A stretch of DNA of 64,000 nt, taken from assembly GCF_001194135.2 (NCBI RefSeq), contig NC_068982.1, positions 42,636,549 through 42,700,548 on the forward strand. Direction: 5' to 3'. The notes under the pieces are model-generated. The model was not told where the DNA came from. It saw only the letters and a list, made by a program, of their open reading frames with translations, and made no database searches. Numbering within the stretch: position 1 is the stretch's first letter; the number at the start of each line of letters is the position of its first letter. This DNA comes from Octopus bimaculoides (taxonomy: Eukaryota). This document shows positions 27,770 through 41,504 of this stretch, one piece after another. The translations under genes were made by a program, and so were the position numbers.

Positions 27770-27980
27770 TAGGAGCGGCAGAAACGTTAGCACGCCGGGC
27801 GAAAGACTTAGCGGTATTTCGTCTGTCTTTACGTTCTGAGTTCAAATTCCGCCGATGTGGACTTTGCCTTTCATCCTTTCGGAGTCGATAAATTAAGTAC
27901 CAGTCGCGTACTGAGGTCGATCTAATCGACTGCTCCCTCCCTTCAAATTTCTGGCCTTGTGCCTAGAGTAGAAAAGAATA
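27770..27980 (+). mobile_element. SINE family A
   Basis: GGCAGAAACGTTAGCACGCCGGGCGAAA..GAGTTCAAATTCCGCC..GCCTTTCATCCTTTCGG.GTCGATAAATTAAGTACCAG. Confidence 0.9.
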
Positions 27981-28249
27981 TAGGTNNNNNNNNNNNNNNN
28001 NNNNNNNNNNNNNNNNNNNNNNNNNNNNNNNNNNNNNNNNNNNNNNNNNNNNNNNNNNNNNNNNNNNNNNNNNNNNNNNNNNNNNNNNNNNNNNNNNNNN
28101 NNNNNNNNNNNNNNNNNNNNNNNNNNNNNNNNNNNNNNNNNNNNNNNNNNNNNNNNNNNNNNNNNNNNNNNNNNNNNNNNNNNNNNNNNNNNNNNNNNNN
28201 NNNNNNNNNNNNNNNNNNNNNNNNNNNNNNNNNNNNNNATATATATAGT

Positions 28250-28990
28250 AAGACGGCATTAACACATGTTATACGACCAGAAAGATCGCAGATATACCCC
28301 AAATATCCCAATCGAATGTTGAAAACCATCTGAATCAATTTGGTTACGCCAGCAGGTTTCCTGTTTGTGTCCCACAGGGGTTTGAACCGAGGTTAACCTC
28401 GTCCGATAGGCTGCCATTTGTGATTCATTGTAGAAACGTGAAAAACGATTCCTTTTTTATTTTATATGAAGAGAATGTTGATAGATGAGAAAATGTGGAT
28501 CATCTATAACAGTGTAAAGCGTAAACGCTCATGGTGTTAGGGCGATGAACCACCACAAAAAAACCTCCACTCGAAGAAATTATACTTTCAATTTGGTGCG
28601 TTATAAAGCTGTTCTCTTTTACGACCTTCTTCACAGGAACAGGACCATCAGTTTGGAAATATACTGTGACTAACTATTTAAATGAAATGCAGCGATCCAC
28701 CACAAGCGCCCAGCAATTATTATTCATTACATTGTCCTTCATTACGACAATGTCAAATTGCACACTTCTTACAGACGCGGAAGAAGTTGTTGGGGATTGA
28801 CTGGGAAGTTTTGCCGCACCTTCCATATTCGCCCGACCTTTCGGTCTTATCAAAATTCATTGAATAGAGAAACCTTCAGCTTTGAAGAGGATGTAAAAAT
28901 TCAACTGCAAAAGATTTTCGCCAGTAAAGGCAGGAAATTCTTTGGCCAGGGAATAACGCCAACCAAAAACAGATGCTTGATTCATACAAG
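28250..28990 (+). mobile_element. Decayed mariner transposase
   Basis: CVPQG resembles WVPHE; DEKMWIIYNSVKRKRSW; WEVLPHLPYSPDL. Confidence 0.85.
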
Positions 28991-29496
28991 TTAATCTATG
29001 AGCACCCTGATAGATTAATCTATGTGCAGTCTGAATCGCTTGTGCTCAGTTTAACACAAAACTTTATTGTATAACGTGCTTCCAAAATGTCTTTACGTCC
29101 CGAATGTATTTTGCAAACTAGTCTGGTGTGAAAAGCGGTGTTTAGTAGGGTGTGTTCAAAGTGTTTTTACAGCCATCTCTTTCATTCTGAAATAACTAAA
29201 TTTGTCAGGTCAGTTTATTAGATGTATAGTAACGATATGCTAAAACAATAATTTAGGACATTTATAACTGCCTTCCTTTAAAAAGTTTGAAATCTCTAGA
29301 TTGCATCTCATATAATATTTATTGTATAAATCACCTTGTATTTCAAAATTGTGCCATCTTTTCGCTTGAAAAATCGAACTGCGCTTTTGGCGGTTCCAGT
29401 AATTCTTAAGACCTGTTAATTAGAAATATAATACAGTAAATAGAGTAATGGACAACTATTCGGGTAATAGGACCATCAAAACATCAGCAAATCCTA

Positions 29497-29541
<45 letters not shown>

Positions 29542-29619
29542 GCAGAAACAGACGCACACAGACACGTGATATATGGATGTGTGAGTATATATAGATATAA
29601 GTATGTGTTAATCCCATGT

Positions 29620-29885
29620 ACCCAGACTTTGTGGACACTCTGTATACATTTCCAGGCTATGTGGTTCTTAGTCCAGCTATGTGGTAGGATATCAAAAGCT
29701 TTTTTATAGTCTATCCAGGCTATTGACAAGTATTTGTGCCGTTTGTGACAATCTTCGAAGATCATCTTATTGATGAGTAGCTGATCTTTACAGCTATAGG
29801 ATCCACGTTTACATCCTTTTTGCTCATTAGGGAATATGCCACTTTCTATTAAAAAACTATAGGTATATTCAGTCAGGACAGATGT
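29620..29885 (-). mobile_element. R4/Dong-like non-LTR RT fragment
   Basis: EQKGCKRGSYSCKDQLLINKMIFEDC..AWIDYKKAFDILPHSW in ORF 29484-29900. Confidence 0.85.
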
Positions 29886-30012
29886 TAGTGTTTTATACAT
29901 TGTTGTTAAGCAGGTTATGGGTCGATAATCTTTTGGTTAATTTGTTTCTTCAATTTTGGGGGATTAGGAGCGTTAAACCATTAACTAGACAAGAAGGAAT
30001 CATACTAGGATG

Positions 30013-30045
<33 letters not shown>

Positions 30046-30049
<4 letters not shown>

Positions 30050-30181
30050 TCACTGCCTGGAATGGAACTCGGAATCTTGGGATTAGTAGCCCGCACTCTT
30101 AACCACTACGCCATATGCCCATGGGCATATGGAGTTCGATTCCAGACAGTGACCTGAATAATAATAATAATGATGATGATG

Positions 30182-30245
<64 letters not shown>

Positions 30246-30261
30246 CAACAACAACAACAAC

Positions 30262-30327
<66 letters not shown>

Positions 30328-30473
30328 TATAATAATAACATAGAAAAATACCTTAGGAATGAGACATCAGCCGAAACGTTGTGTTAACAACAAACAAGAT
30401 GAGGACAAATATTCGTCAAACGTAAATAATGTAAATAATGTACATAATTCCTCATCTCTTAAATATAGAACTG
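30046..30473. mobile_element. Stand-alone Penelope 3' (pLTR) module: inverted tRNA-like heads, (AAT)n and PLE tail
   Basis: Minus-strand head 30046-30120, internally deleted plus-strand head 30123-30156, (AAT)n, and a tail 30337-30473 matching the reverse complement of 57791-57940. Confidence 0.8.
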
Positions 30474-30684
30474 AATAATAAGCAAAGCCAGAAATATTCT
30501 TCGTCAATCGATAAGTTCAATACGCATTTGATATATTAACTAAGTTTTTAATTGCTGTTCGATTATGGTTGGTACTTACATTGCTTTTCTGTAATTTCTC
30601 AATAATCGTTTCGAAGATCCTAATGTTTGCAAAGATGTTTACTTTTATTATTTCTGCATGTCATCGAAATCTTACACTTTATCT

Positions 30685-30830
30685 TTTACTTGTTTCAGTC
30701 ACTGGATTGCAGTCATGTTGGGGTACCACATTGAACGGTTTTAGGGGAACAGCTCGATCTCAGTACTGGGAGCTGAATCCACCAGACTTTATTACCGAAT
30801 CGTTAAGTTTCGGAGACATAAACAAAGTGA
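30685..30830 (-). mobile_element. SINE family B 3' fragment
   Basis: TTTTACTTGTTTCAGTCACTGGATTGCAGTCATGTTGGGGTACCAC matches the reverse complement of the family-B tail. Confidence 0.6.
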
Positions 30831-30935
30831 CACTAGTTATCAAGTGGTGATGGCCGCAAATACAGACACAAAGACGCATATACAAACACAAAGTCGCATA
30901 CAGATACACACACATATGTATGTATAGATATGTGT

Positions 30936-30983
<48 letters not shown>

Positions 30984-31199
30984 TTACATACTCTATTAGG
31001 TTGCCTATTGCTAAAATAGAAGACATTTCCACAAGGCGCAGTACTGTGAGACTGAACCTGAAATTACATAGCTGCACAGCGAGTTTATTAACCATACAGC
31101 CATTCCCGCACCTATTTAATACTTTGAAATTTTTTTTTGAACACTTCAATAGCATCAACTGCGCGTCCTGTCTTTTAAAGTGTATATCATGTCTACAAT

Positions 31200-31640
31200 A
31201 AGGCGGTGAGCTGGCAGAGACGTTAGCTAGCCGGGGCAAAATGCTCAGCGGTATTTCGTCTGCCGGTACGTTCTGAGTTCAAATTCCGCCGAGGTCGACT
31301 TTGCCTTTCATCCTTTCGGGGTCTATTAAATAAGTATCACTTAACCACTGGGGTCGTTATAATCGACTTAATCCTTTTGTCTATCCTTGTTTGTCCCCTC
31401 TGTGTGTAGTCCCTAGTGGGCAGTAAAGAAATAAGAAACTAGAAACGTTAGCATGCCGGGCGAAATGCTGAGCAGTATTTTGTCTGTTTTTACGCTCTGA
31501 GTTCAAATTCCGCCGAGGTTGACTTTATCATTCATTCTTTCGGGCTCGATAAATTAAGTACCAGTTGCGTACTGATGTCGATCTAAGTGACTGGCCGTCT
31601 CCCCCCAAATTTCGGTCCTTGTGCCTAGAGTAGAAAAGAA
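31200..31640 (+). mobile_element. Two tandem SINE family A copies (about 31200-31430 and 31440-31640)
   Basis: Two successive head, B-box and central-domain units. Confidence 0.9.
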
Positions 31641-34600
31641 TATTATGTCTACAATTTCCAATTTGCTTTTCCCGATTTAAGACGGTGGTGAATAAATTTT
31701 AGGAACATTCTGCTGCTCTTCATTGCAAATCGGACGATATCTGTAAGGCTCTACCTTTAACTCGTTTATTTCCACGTGGTATTGAACAGAAGCGTTTGTA
31801 TAGAGAACATGATGTCGTTGAAAATTATAACGTTGTAAAAGTGTTATGGAATATGATAAAGCAGATTTAAATGTGGTGGCGTGCTGGAAGATATAATATC
31901 CTTATAGCACATAATCCAGTTTTATAGTGTCATTCAAGCGATTGGTATTCAACCGTAAATCTATATTTTCGTCTGCTAAAAGGTAAAAAAAAGAGAAAAA
32001 AATTTACAAATGAGGAGGAGAAGAAAAGGAAAGTGACTGAAAGGGAAGAAGAAGGATTAAGTAACAAAGTACAGAATAGGGTAAGAGAAAAGAGAGCGAA
32101 AGTACCGGAAAGAACTAAAAGAAAAGATTTATTATTATTATTATTATCAAACTCCTTTCGTTTGGTCTTTTGAAGACGACCAACTAGATTTGTTTAAAAA
32201 GGAGTAAGATATCAATTCCTGGAAAATTGGGTAGTTTTACAAAGCTACGACTTGGTTCAGCGGTTAATGTTCTTTCATTTAAATAAATTAAGCAAGTTTA
32301 TTGGCAGTACGGCACGCTTCAGTGGTTAATGCCCTTCCATTTAAGTAGTCTATGAAGGTTCGATTTCTAAGTTAACAAATGGGACATATTTTATTTAATG
32401 GATTCAGAAGACTTCTAGAAGGTGGACTCTACCATAAACTTGTTAACGATATAGCATTTCTCATTTTTCTGCTGTGTATCATATATCTTAGGAAGCAGCC
32501 TTAGTCGGGAATCAGACAATACTTATATCTCAATTATCACGCTTGAACAAAATAATCTTTAAGTGATCGACGGAGTATGGGAAGAGCTAAATATCAAGTG
32601 TTTTAAAGGTTTACCCAATTCATTTCTGCTACGTCAAACAAACATATTTAATTCAAACTGTAGATATCTTTGGGGTTTATTCGCTTGACTTGCACACATC
32701 TTATGTAGTTATGGGTTAGCAAGTCTATAAGATTATTGACATCGAAGAGAGTACCTACCAAGAAGCGTTCATAGTATTTCAATTTTACTCTATCATACTT
32801 AGATATCGGATATATTCTCCGCTAGTGTTACATACTCTACTTAATTCCATTGAATGATCTTTCAATTAACATTTGACTTCTCTTATATATAGCTATGCCA
32901 AAAAACACGCATTAATATATATATATATATATATATTCTGATTTATAACTCTTTCACCAGACACTTTATTTCATGTGTAATGATTTGACTATTTTAAGTT
33001 TAAAGTTAAACACGTCATTTCGTTTAACTATCGTTTTTCACAAATATTTGTTGTGACTATACCAAACATTGACTGAACGAAACTTTACGGAGTTGACTTC
33101 ACAGTTAAGCAACCGTAAGGACTTACAATGAAATGCGCTTTTTCACAGCTTCCAGACAGCTTTTTAAGTTTTCCCGGACTCTTTCGCATTTCTTAGCAAT
33201 GACCCTATAGAGTTTCATAGGATGTTTCTTGTGCAGGCTTTTTTTTTTTTTTTTACATAATTATCAATCTTTAAATGATTCCAATAAGAAGTCAGTTACA
33301 CTCATCATTATCAGTAAAAAGACTGTGATGGTGTGATGCCTGTAATAGTATCGCATAAGGAAAAATGGCTTGTTATTTTGTCACAAATATTCAAAGATAC
33401 TAGCGAGAAGTTCAGCTTGTTCTTTTTTCTTTCTTTGTGTTTGAAAAAATATTTAACAGGTAAACATTGAGGTGTAAAGGTACGTGGTCTTGTGGCTTAG
33501 AGTTCGGATTATGATCAGAAAGTTGTGTGTTCAATCCTCAGACATGAGATGGAGAGCATTGTGTCCATAATCATAGTATTTCCTTTCACATTACTGTTGT
33601 ATATTCGGATGAAAATGAGTAACGCTGCGATAGACAGGCGTCCGTTCGGTGACGGGGTGGGATCTTGTACTTTCTCTATCAACGTTTTGAAAATCCAAAT
33701 AAGCTCTATCTTTATGGACCTGCAGGTTTGAGGCAATCCGAACTAAGAAATTGTCATTATTTAACGAATGAAGAATTTCTACTTGGAAGGTAATTAATTA
33801 ATTGTTTGCATTATTTTACTAGGTTTTTGTGGAGACAAGATTTAATTTGCAAATAAAATATGAAAATACTTTCATTTTTCATATCTAAAAAAAATTACAA
33901 TTGGCTCCTTCAGGAAGGGGATGCCTCCAAAATTCAAACCAGTATGAATGTGTTTTTATGGACGTTAAAAAAAAAATGAGGCGTAAAGATTATATTTTTT
34001 AAAGCACACTCACTTTAAAAGAAAAATAAATTATGACATTTCTGTTGACAGCAATTTACATGAAAACAATTCTAACGACGTTTGATAGCAGCAGCAACAA
34101 ACAGTAGCAACAACGTCAACAACCATGCATAATTTGCTGAGCAAGTATGTTTGTGATATTGCAAGCAATTTTGCTGATATTGTTGAACACAGGCAATTTT
34201 TGGACATGGATTGGTTCACTCGGCGAAGGAATTGTACCAATAGTGTGTAAACATGCTTTTGCTAAAAGAATTTGTTCAAAAATATGCAAAGGAAAAAATG
34301 ACATGCCTCACGAAAAGTGAACGGGCTCTCAAAGAAGAGATTAAAAGAAACCTATCGAATTCAGTAAGATATGCGGGAATGTGTACGAGCTTCTCAAGCC
34401 CGAATTCAATGCAACAGTTCTAGTTGGTGTGCCGTGCGCCTCCCATGAGTTCATACGACAATACATAGGTCGGGACAATTAGGGGCGACTGTGAAAGGTT
34501 TTGGCTGTTGCATTGATGCCGGGCTTGTTATCACGTTCATAACGCAATATGAGCATATGGTAAATGTAGACGTAGCAAAAATATATATAGTCTAGAGAGG

Positions 34601-34779
34601 TCAGTGTAACTATACAAGTTCAAATGTGCTGAAAAGTATAGGGGAATATCAAAATTGTGTCTAGTCGTGGGGTTAGAAGCAATGAAACTAGTGGTGAAGC
34701 GTAGAAAGCCCAGCTAGTACACTTTAGGACTTTCTGCCCGAGGAGCTAAAGAAGGGACATATATATCAAGAGTAGTAGA

Positions 34780-35250
34780 TAGAAATAGAATCAGCAACTA
34801 AAACAACAGATCTCTGAGGTTGCTGTCCCAACGATACCATAAATCTCACTATGGATTTGCAGCGCTCAGAATGGCCAAAGGACTCACCACATACTGAGGA
34901 CCAAAAGCTAATGGATCCGAATGTTTTCTCTCAGTAGTACAATGCTTATTTTACGACGATTGGAAGTAAATGGGGCGTGGAGATGAATGGCGGGCCATCG
35001 CTAAATAATTGATGGAGAAAGAAGGGAAGATGGTGTTGTGACAAGCAGGCTACGCATACACGGTACACGAAAAGGACTTTTCTCTACTGAACAATATTAA
35101 ATTTATGGTGGTGAGATTTAGCAACATAACCCATGGATCAAATTAAAGCACTCTGAAATGTATGTCAATGAAAATGTGCAGAATGAGGAGAAAGATGTAG
35201 AAAAAATATTTCAAGAAACATAAAAACAGTGGGCTATTGATGAAGATCAT
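34780..35250 (+). mobile_element. Possible highly decayed RTE fragment
   Basis: Weak resemblance to the RTE C-terminus (MAKGLTT, SRLRIHG). Confidence 0.3.
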
Positions 35251-37321
35251 ATCAATGACGTACCATTGCCAAGCAAGCTTTCTGAGCCGCTCGGATCCAA
35301 TTCAGTGAGAGGTGGGTGCTTATTGTCCTGGACTACTCTGACCAAACATAACTTATATAAATAGCCAACATGCACACATCATCTGGCTGTATGTTGGCTA
35401 ATATATTTGATTTTTTATGTCTATTTTTAATTATACATATTTAAAATATAATTGGGTCGTTTAATATAATCGTCTATAATTAATTATTTTTTCATAAATC
35501 CACTGGCTATTTGCGACACCAGTGCCTGATAGACATTGAGATTCTATGGATTACTGCTGGGGGAATTCTACTACTGTGTCTAACCGGACGTCTCCTATTA
35601 AGAAGTCCAAGGAAGGGTGAAATCACGTGATCTTGCAGTTTCGGCGGTTGCAGCAATCAATAAAATAATGTAGCAGTCAAGTTCTGGGTTCTTCGTAATC
35701 GAGTGACACACTCTTCTAATAAAATTGTTTTGTGCCAAAATTAGAAAGAATTATTATTATTATTGATGTTCTTACTGTCACTATTTGTGTTTCATTGGAC
35801 CTGAAATTATGAATGCTGTTGAGTTTCTCTCTAAATTTTGTAACACGGATTTTGTGTACAACCTTTTTCTATGAATCCATAAGACAACTTATAGCAAGAA
35901 AATGAATTTTTGCTGATTTTACTATATTGCTTGACACAGATAAACTAAAACGTTAGTTCAGTGTTCAGTATATCGTTTTCTCTTATTTTACTACTTACAA
36001 CATACATAGGTCATGTTATGCATAAGTCCATGACACACACGAAGAAATCCTCCCAAACTTACGTAAACATGACACACGCGAACATCATGTAACTGTCTTA
36101 AATCTGGAATTATCGCTCGACAAAGTTTCCAGTTTCCACTTCATTCCTGACTGAACTCATCTTTGGCGGAATTAACGCATACATTTAAATATAAGCTTTC
36201 ATGTAACTTTCCTAACATTTAATTGTCCGTCTAATATCTAAAAAAATTACTTTAACGTCTTTAATAAGTGTCAAATTTTGCATGTACGTATTAAAAAATA
36301 TGTTACTTGCCTTGCTTTAACAGAAAGAAAAATATAAATTAATCGTAATAAAAATATAAAGAAAAACCGAAGCAGTTAAACGCACGTTAAAATACATCTG
36401 GAATTGCCATAACTTGGATCTGATGTAATCATTCAATTCGACATCTTAAATTTGAGACTCACATAAACACACATACACACACTACGCACATATATATACA
36501 TACGGACTCACACACATCTTTGAAGATCACTTAAGAAAAATAATACAGGAACGCCTAATCTGATACAGTTGGAAGATACGGTGGTTACCAAATCCCTTCA
36601 AAGACAGATATCGCTAGTGGGGGATGGGATGGGGGTAACTAGAGGAGAAGACTTTGGGAGTAGACAATGTGAACAAATTGACTTCATAAGCTGCTGTCAG
36701 CAGAAGTCAAAAGATCGTATCGTGGGCATATTTAATTCATGTCATTTATTTCGTTAAACGAAGCGGGGATGTATATATCGGATGATAGAAAGATGTGGAA
36801 TCTAGTCAGTGCAAATATGGGTGGACTCTGTCATCTATCTAGCCAAGGTATGTGTATGTATGCATTCACTTGGTTTTTAAATACACACACGTGCACACAT
36901 ATCTATGTACATATATATTTACACTATATACAGTTATAAGCTTATGTATGTATGTATGTATGTATGTATGTATATAGAAGTAAGCTTGTTTATGTGTAAG
37001 CGTACATTTTTTTTGGATCTATTATGCAACACTGGGTGCTGATGGATATAACCGTGGATGCATGATTATATGTGTGCCTAAGTTAATATAAACATGTTCC
37101 TATGTAAAATCAGAACACGAACACTGCTAATCTTTTACCACGTGGTAACAAAAAAAAAAGAATAAAAAAAGAACAATCAACCAACAAACAAACAGAAAAC
37201 GATATTAACTTTTTTGTTATACATGGATACACTTATTTCTACTCCAACAAATTATTTCAAGCATACAGACTCACACAGACAAGCAAGCATACATATATAT
37301 GTTCGTGTTTGTGTGTGTGTG

Positions 37322-37361
<40 letters not shown>

Positions 37362-37779
37362 TGTACAAAATGAGATTAAACGCTAAAATTGTTTTGAAGC
37401 ATTCTCTAGGCAATATAATCAATATAGACAATAAACACTGAATTTGTGCTAGAAATGATAACTAAACTGTTTTTAAATCACGCAACTATGGTCTTAAATG
37501 TGTTGTTAAAAACATAAACTGTAGTACATTATGAGGAATAAATAAAGGCATGGCTAAGTCTGGTTTGCTTTGTAATTATACCATGGCTCGATCAGTGCTA
37601 AGGTGAGGCAACCTTAACAATATTAACACAACAAACAATATCAATTATTGAGAAGGGTCAAAATATAAGTATTTAACATTAGAATTACGAATATTACGTG
37701 AAGAGAAGGGACGCCTCTATGAGCGCCTTTAACTGACACTGTTTTAGTTTCTTCTGTTTGGTGTCGTAACGGGCTTTGG

Positions 37780-38075
37780 GTTTTTCTGGGCGGGTTGTTG
37801 GTCATCTGCAGAATAGACGGATGTTGGGGCTGCAATCATCATCACAAGCCGACGCAGCGTGGGTCACCGTTTGTCTGTTATCTCCCCGGCGGATAGGCCC
37901 ACCTACAGTGGTTCTACCAGGTACGAGGCTCCAGACGGTAACGATTTCTCGGATTTATAGAACACGCAAATCCCCTCGCTACGACAATGCCAGATCCAGC
38001 ATGCGAAGGGGCTGGCACGGGACAGCGATCGATGGAGAACACTGGTGAACCTTGTAGGCTCTATACATGATGATG
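37780..38075 (+). mobile_element. RTE LINE 3' end, decayed
   Basis: AKGLARDSDRWRTLVNLVGS matches the RTE terminal AxDRxxWRxLV motif. Confidence 0.6.
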
Positions 38076-38449
38076 TCTCTGCGATCACTTATCTAGGATG
38101 ACCCCAGACTCATTAAACAAGAGCATGAAACAAGAAGCAGTGTTTTAGTTAAACTTGTATCGATAAACGTAAACCGCATGCTATCTTCAAGATAAAAAGC
38201 TTATGTTGTAAGACTTAAATCTCAGAATAATGAGGGTAAACCTGCTAGTGTTAAGCTAATGATTCGTAAATTATATCTTTTTATTGCATCCATTTCATAG
38301 ATTGCTAATCTCTCTGCATCAACATTGAGCTTCGTGCGTGTGGATATGAAAAGACTGGAATATTGAATTACGGCCGGAACATTAATGCTCTTGTTTGCTT
38401 TACTAAATTACACGAAAGTGCTGTTAGAAGTACAAAACCAAATATATGG

Positions 38450-39105
38450 CACCCTAGGCATAACACCAACATGAATTTCTAACTTGTTGTCTCTTGAGGT
38501 CTCTGGGTGAGACTTGGAGCCAACTTGTACAAATGAAAAGCAAAAGTCAAACATAATAATAATAATAATAATAATATGCCCTGGTGCAGTACCAGACAGT
38601 GGCTCTCATGACTTCTCATCTTAACTGATTGGAAGTGTTATCATGTACATTGTTTTGTCTTACTATAAAAGATGGGCTACAGCAAATATTCTGCTCAATA
38701 CCACAAATTTGCTTGTCAGTTGTTTGACCTTAACCAGTTGAGCATTTACTTGGTGGCTGACGATATGTGCATCTCTGATCACAAGCAGAAGTAATGGGGG
38801 AACATCATAGCCATGTGTTGAGAAGAATTCTTTGGGGTTTGGATAATTCACCTGTGGAAACATGGGTGTTTTGTTCAACATTCGTAAACAACCCTTATTC
38901 AGAGACCTTATGAGCGGGATGGGCTACTCGACCTGAAGAAAATTCTAACTGGGCCCCACCTGCAAGTTAGTGCGCTGTTTATCTTGATATGAAATCACTG
39001 TGTCGCGCACATATGGTTGTGATGCATGTACCTAGTGTACTCTTGTCAGACAGGTAATCATGATGGGTATACTGGGCTTCGTATATTTTACCCCAGTGTC
39101 GCTTT
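38450..39105. repeat. Interspersed repeat(s), unclassified, bounded by (TAA)n
   Basis: Recalled as an abundant Octopus repeat; no second copy in the window to confirm it. Confidence 0.45.
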
Positions 39106-39374
39106 GATGGCATGCACTGCTCTCTCACTCAGTAATAATAATAATGATATTTAAAATCTCTCGGATACACGCGATTTACCTGGTGACGAGTGTTATTACA
39201 AGATAGATAATCATTTCTTCATTACATGATGCGGAATTAGGAACTTAAATTTGCAATTAAGGAATTACGAAGGAATTACGAGGAAAAATATGCACAGAAT
39301 TCACATTTTAAATTTGTTATTGCAAACTTATTACGAAGTTCTTATCATTTCTAGTTGGTGTTAATCTTGTATAG

Positions 39375-39590
39375 TACAAAGACGGTGAGCTGACGGAATC
39401 GTTAGCACGCCGACTAAAGTGCCTAATGACATTTCGTCCGTATACACATTCTGAATTCAAATTCCGCCGAGGACGACTTTGCATTTCATCTTCTCGGGAT
39501 CGATGAAGTAAGTACCAGTTGAGCAATTGAATCAATGTAATCGTCTTAACCCGTCCCACGAAATTATTAGCCTTGTGCCAAAATTTGAAA
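39375..39590 (+). mobile_element. SINE family A
   Basis: AAGACGGTGAGCTGACGGAATCGTTAGCACGCCG..AATTCAAATTCCGCCGAGG. Confidence 0.85.
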
Positions 39591-40849
39591 CCAATCTTCT
39601 ATAATACAATCTAGTTTCTTTCAGAAAATGTCAGCCTAACCTGTGACGTATTGATTAAACATTGTTCTACGAAGTGAGACAATACGTTGTAGATGAAAAG
39701 TATTACAATATGAAGGAAAATCATAGAAAGTGTTTCTTCCTTTTCTTCAAAGAACATTAGTAGTTTAGGAACTGGGGGAGGGGGTAAAGGAAGGTCGTCC
39801 TTAATGTTTACATACTAAATAATAGCTGCTTTCAGGGGGAATTCTATTTTGTGAAAATGACTCACAGTAGCCAATAATTTAAGTTTCAGCGATAAACAAC
39901 TCCACAAGCGTTTTTCAATATTTTCTTTTAATTCTTATTGGTAAGTTTTTTTCCTAACGAAGTGAGAAAACTCTTTTGTTGAGTGAACATGGTACGTGGG
40001 ATTTACGAATATGTGAGTAACTCAAAGTGTACGCTATATATGTCGATAACATTTTTATTCATATAATGAGCGGGCATGTCAGTTCAGTACACAAGAACGT
40101 ATGTTTCTTTGTTGTTTTAAGTGTGCATATTTATCCTACTCACATACGTTTGCATGCTTATGTTCATTCAACGAAATTCAAAAGGGAATCATGGGAAATT
40201 TTCTTTACACAATATGACTATACCACTAACCTAATTTGTGCCTAGATGCATCTCATCTAAGCACACATTCTTTTTGAAGAATATCATTGTTTCCAATTCT
40301 TGACTGGTACGATAAAAGGAGGAATTGAACTCGTTGACATTCGAACTGAGAACATCAACATAAGAAATAGTAATGGTTGGTGATTTAGGAACAAGGTCAT
40401 CAGTTTTGAAAGGTATGGATGCACAGGGCAGTTTTCTGGGACCCTCACAGGACTAGGGGTCCAGTTCTGATTTATGTATGCAGTAACTTGTTATCAATAA
40501 ATAGATACTATAGGTTACATTGCATTGATTTGCCAGGAAGCCTATGATGTTGCTAAGATAGCCCTAACTCAAAGTAAATCCTCTCATCTTCCAACGGGTT
40601 GATCATGTTTGGAATACTTTTGATCGATGTCTACTGCACCTAGGTTGGCTTGTGGCTTAGCAATGGCGACAATGACTGTGAAGATGTTATCGGGTCTAGG
40701 TACATATGTCCATCTTGTCAACACGGTCATCTCTGCTATAAACGCTAACACTGTGTGTCAACGAAGGAGCTTCCAAACGGTCATTCAATCTGCCGGAAAT
40801 AGCAGCCATGTCACTTTTAAATAATCGTTAAAATAGGCTAGAATTTATT

Positions 40850-41062
40850 GGTTTCAGATTTTGGTACAAGGCCAGCAAGTTTGGAGGAAAGTCCAAGTCG
40901 ATTTACATTGACCCCAGTGGTGGTCAACTGGCACTCATTTTATCGACTCCAAAAAGATGAAAAACTAAGTAGCCCTCGGCGGAATTTGAACCCAGGACAT
41001 AAAGACGGACGAAATATTGCTAAGCATTTTGCCTGGCGTCCTAACGAGTCTGCCAGATCTTC
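40850..41062 (-). mobile_element. SINE family A
   Basis: Reverse-complement match from tail TTTCAGATTTTGGTACAAGGCC to head CTAACGAGTCTGCCAG. Confidence 0.85.
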
Positions 41063-41159
41063 GCCGACAATAGTCAAAAATATATTAATATACTTTTACA
41101 TATCGCTGTCAACAATGCAACCACCACCATCACTATGACAATCTATCATTACGAATAAC

Positions 41160-41310
41160 ATCACGACTACCGCCACCGCCGCTACGACAACAACCACTAT
41201 CAACTCCAACAACAACAACAATAATAAAAGCAACAAAAACAACAGTCATAACAAGAGAAACAACAATAACAACAATAATAACAGCAACACGACTAACAAC
41301 AATACACTGT
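41160..41310. repeat. (AAC)-rich low-complexity tract
   Basis: Seen directly in the sequence. Confidence 0.85.
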
Positions 41311-41446
41311 CTACAACTACATCAAGGAAGCGATATCACAAACTTGTCCGTAGTTCAACTCTGGATTTTGACAGCAGTTCTGGAGACATACGTTTCAGCG
41401 TATGTATGTATGTACATATGTATGTACACACACACACAAACACATA

Positions 41447-41504
<58 letters not shown>

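Noticed and set aside
30046-30120. tRNA-Ser(ACT)-like gene
   Set aside because: The acceptor stem does not pair and the sequence is embedded in a repeated Penelope module. It is tRNA-derived, not a tRNA gene.
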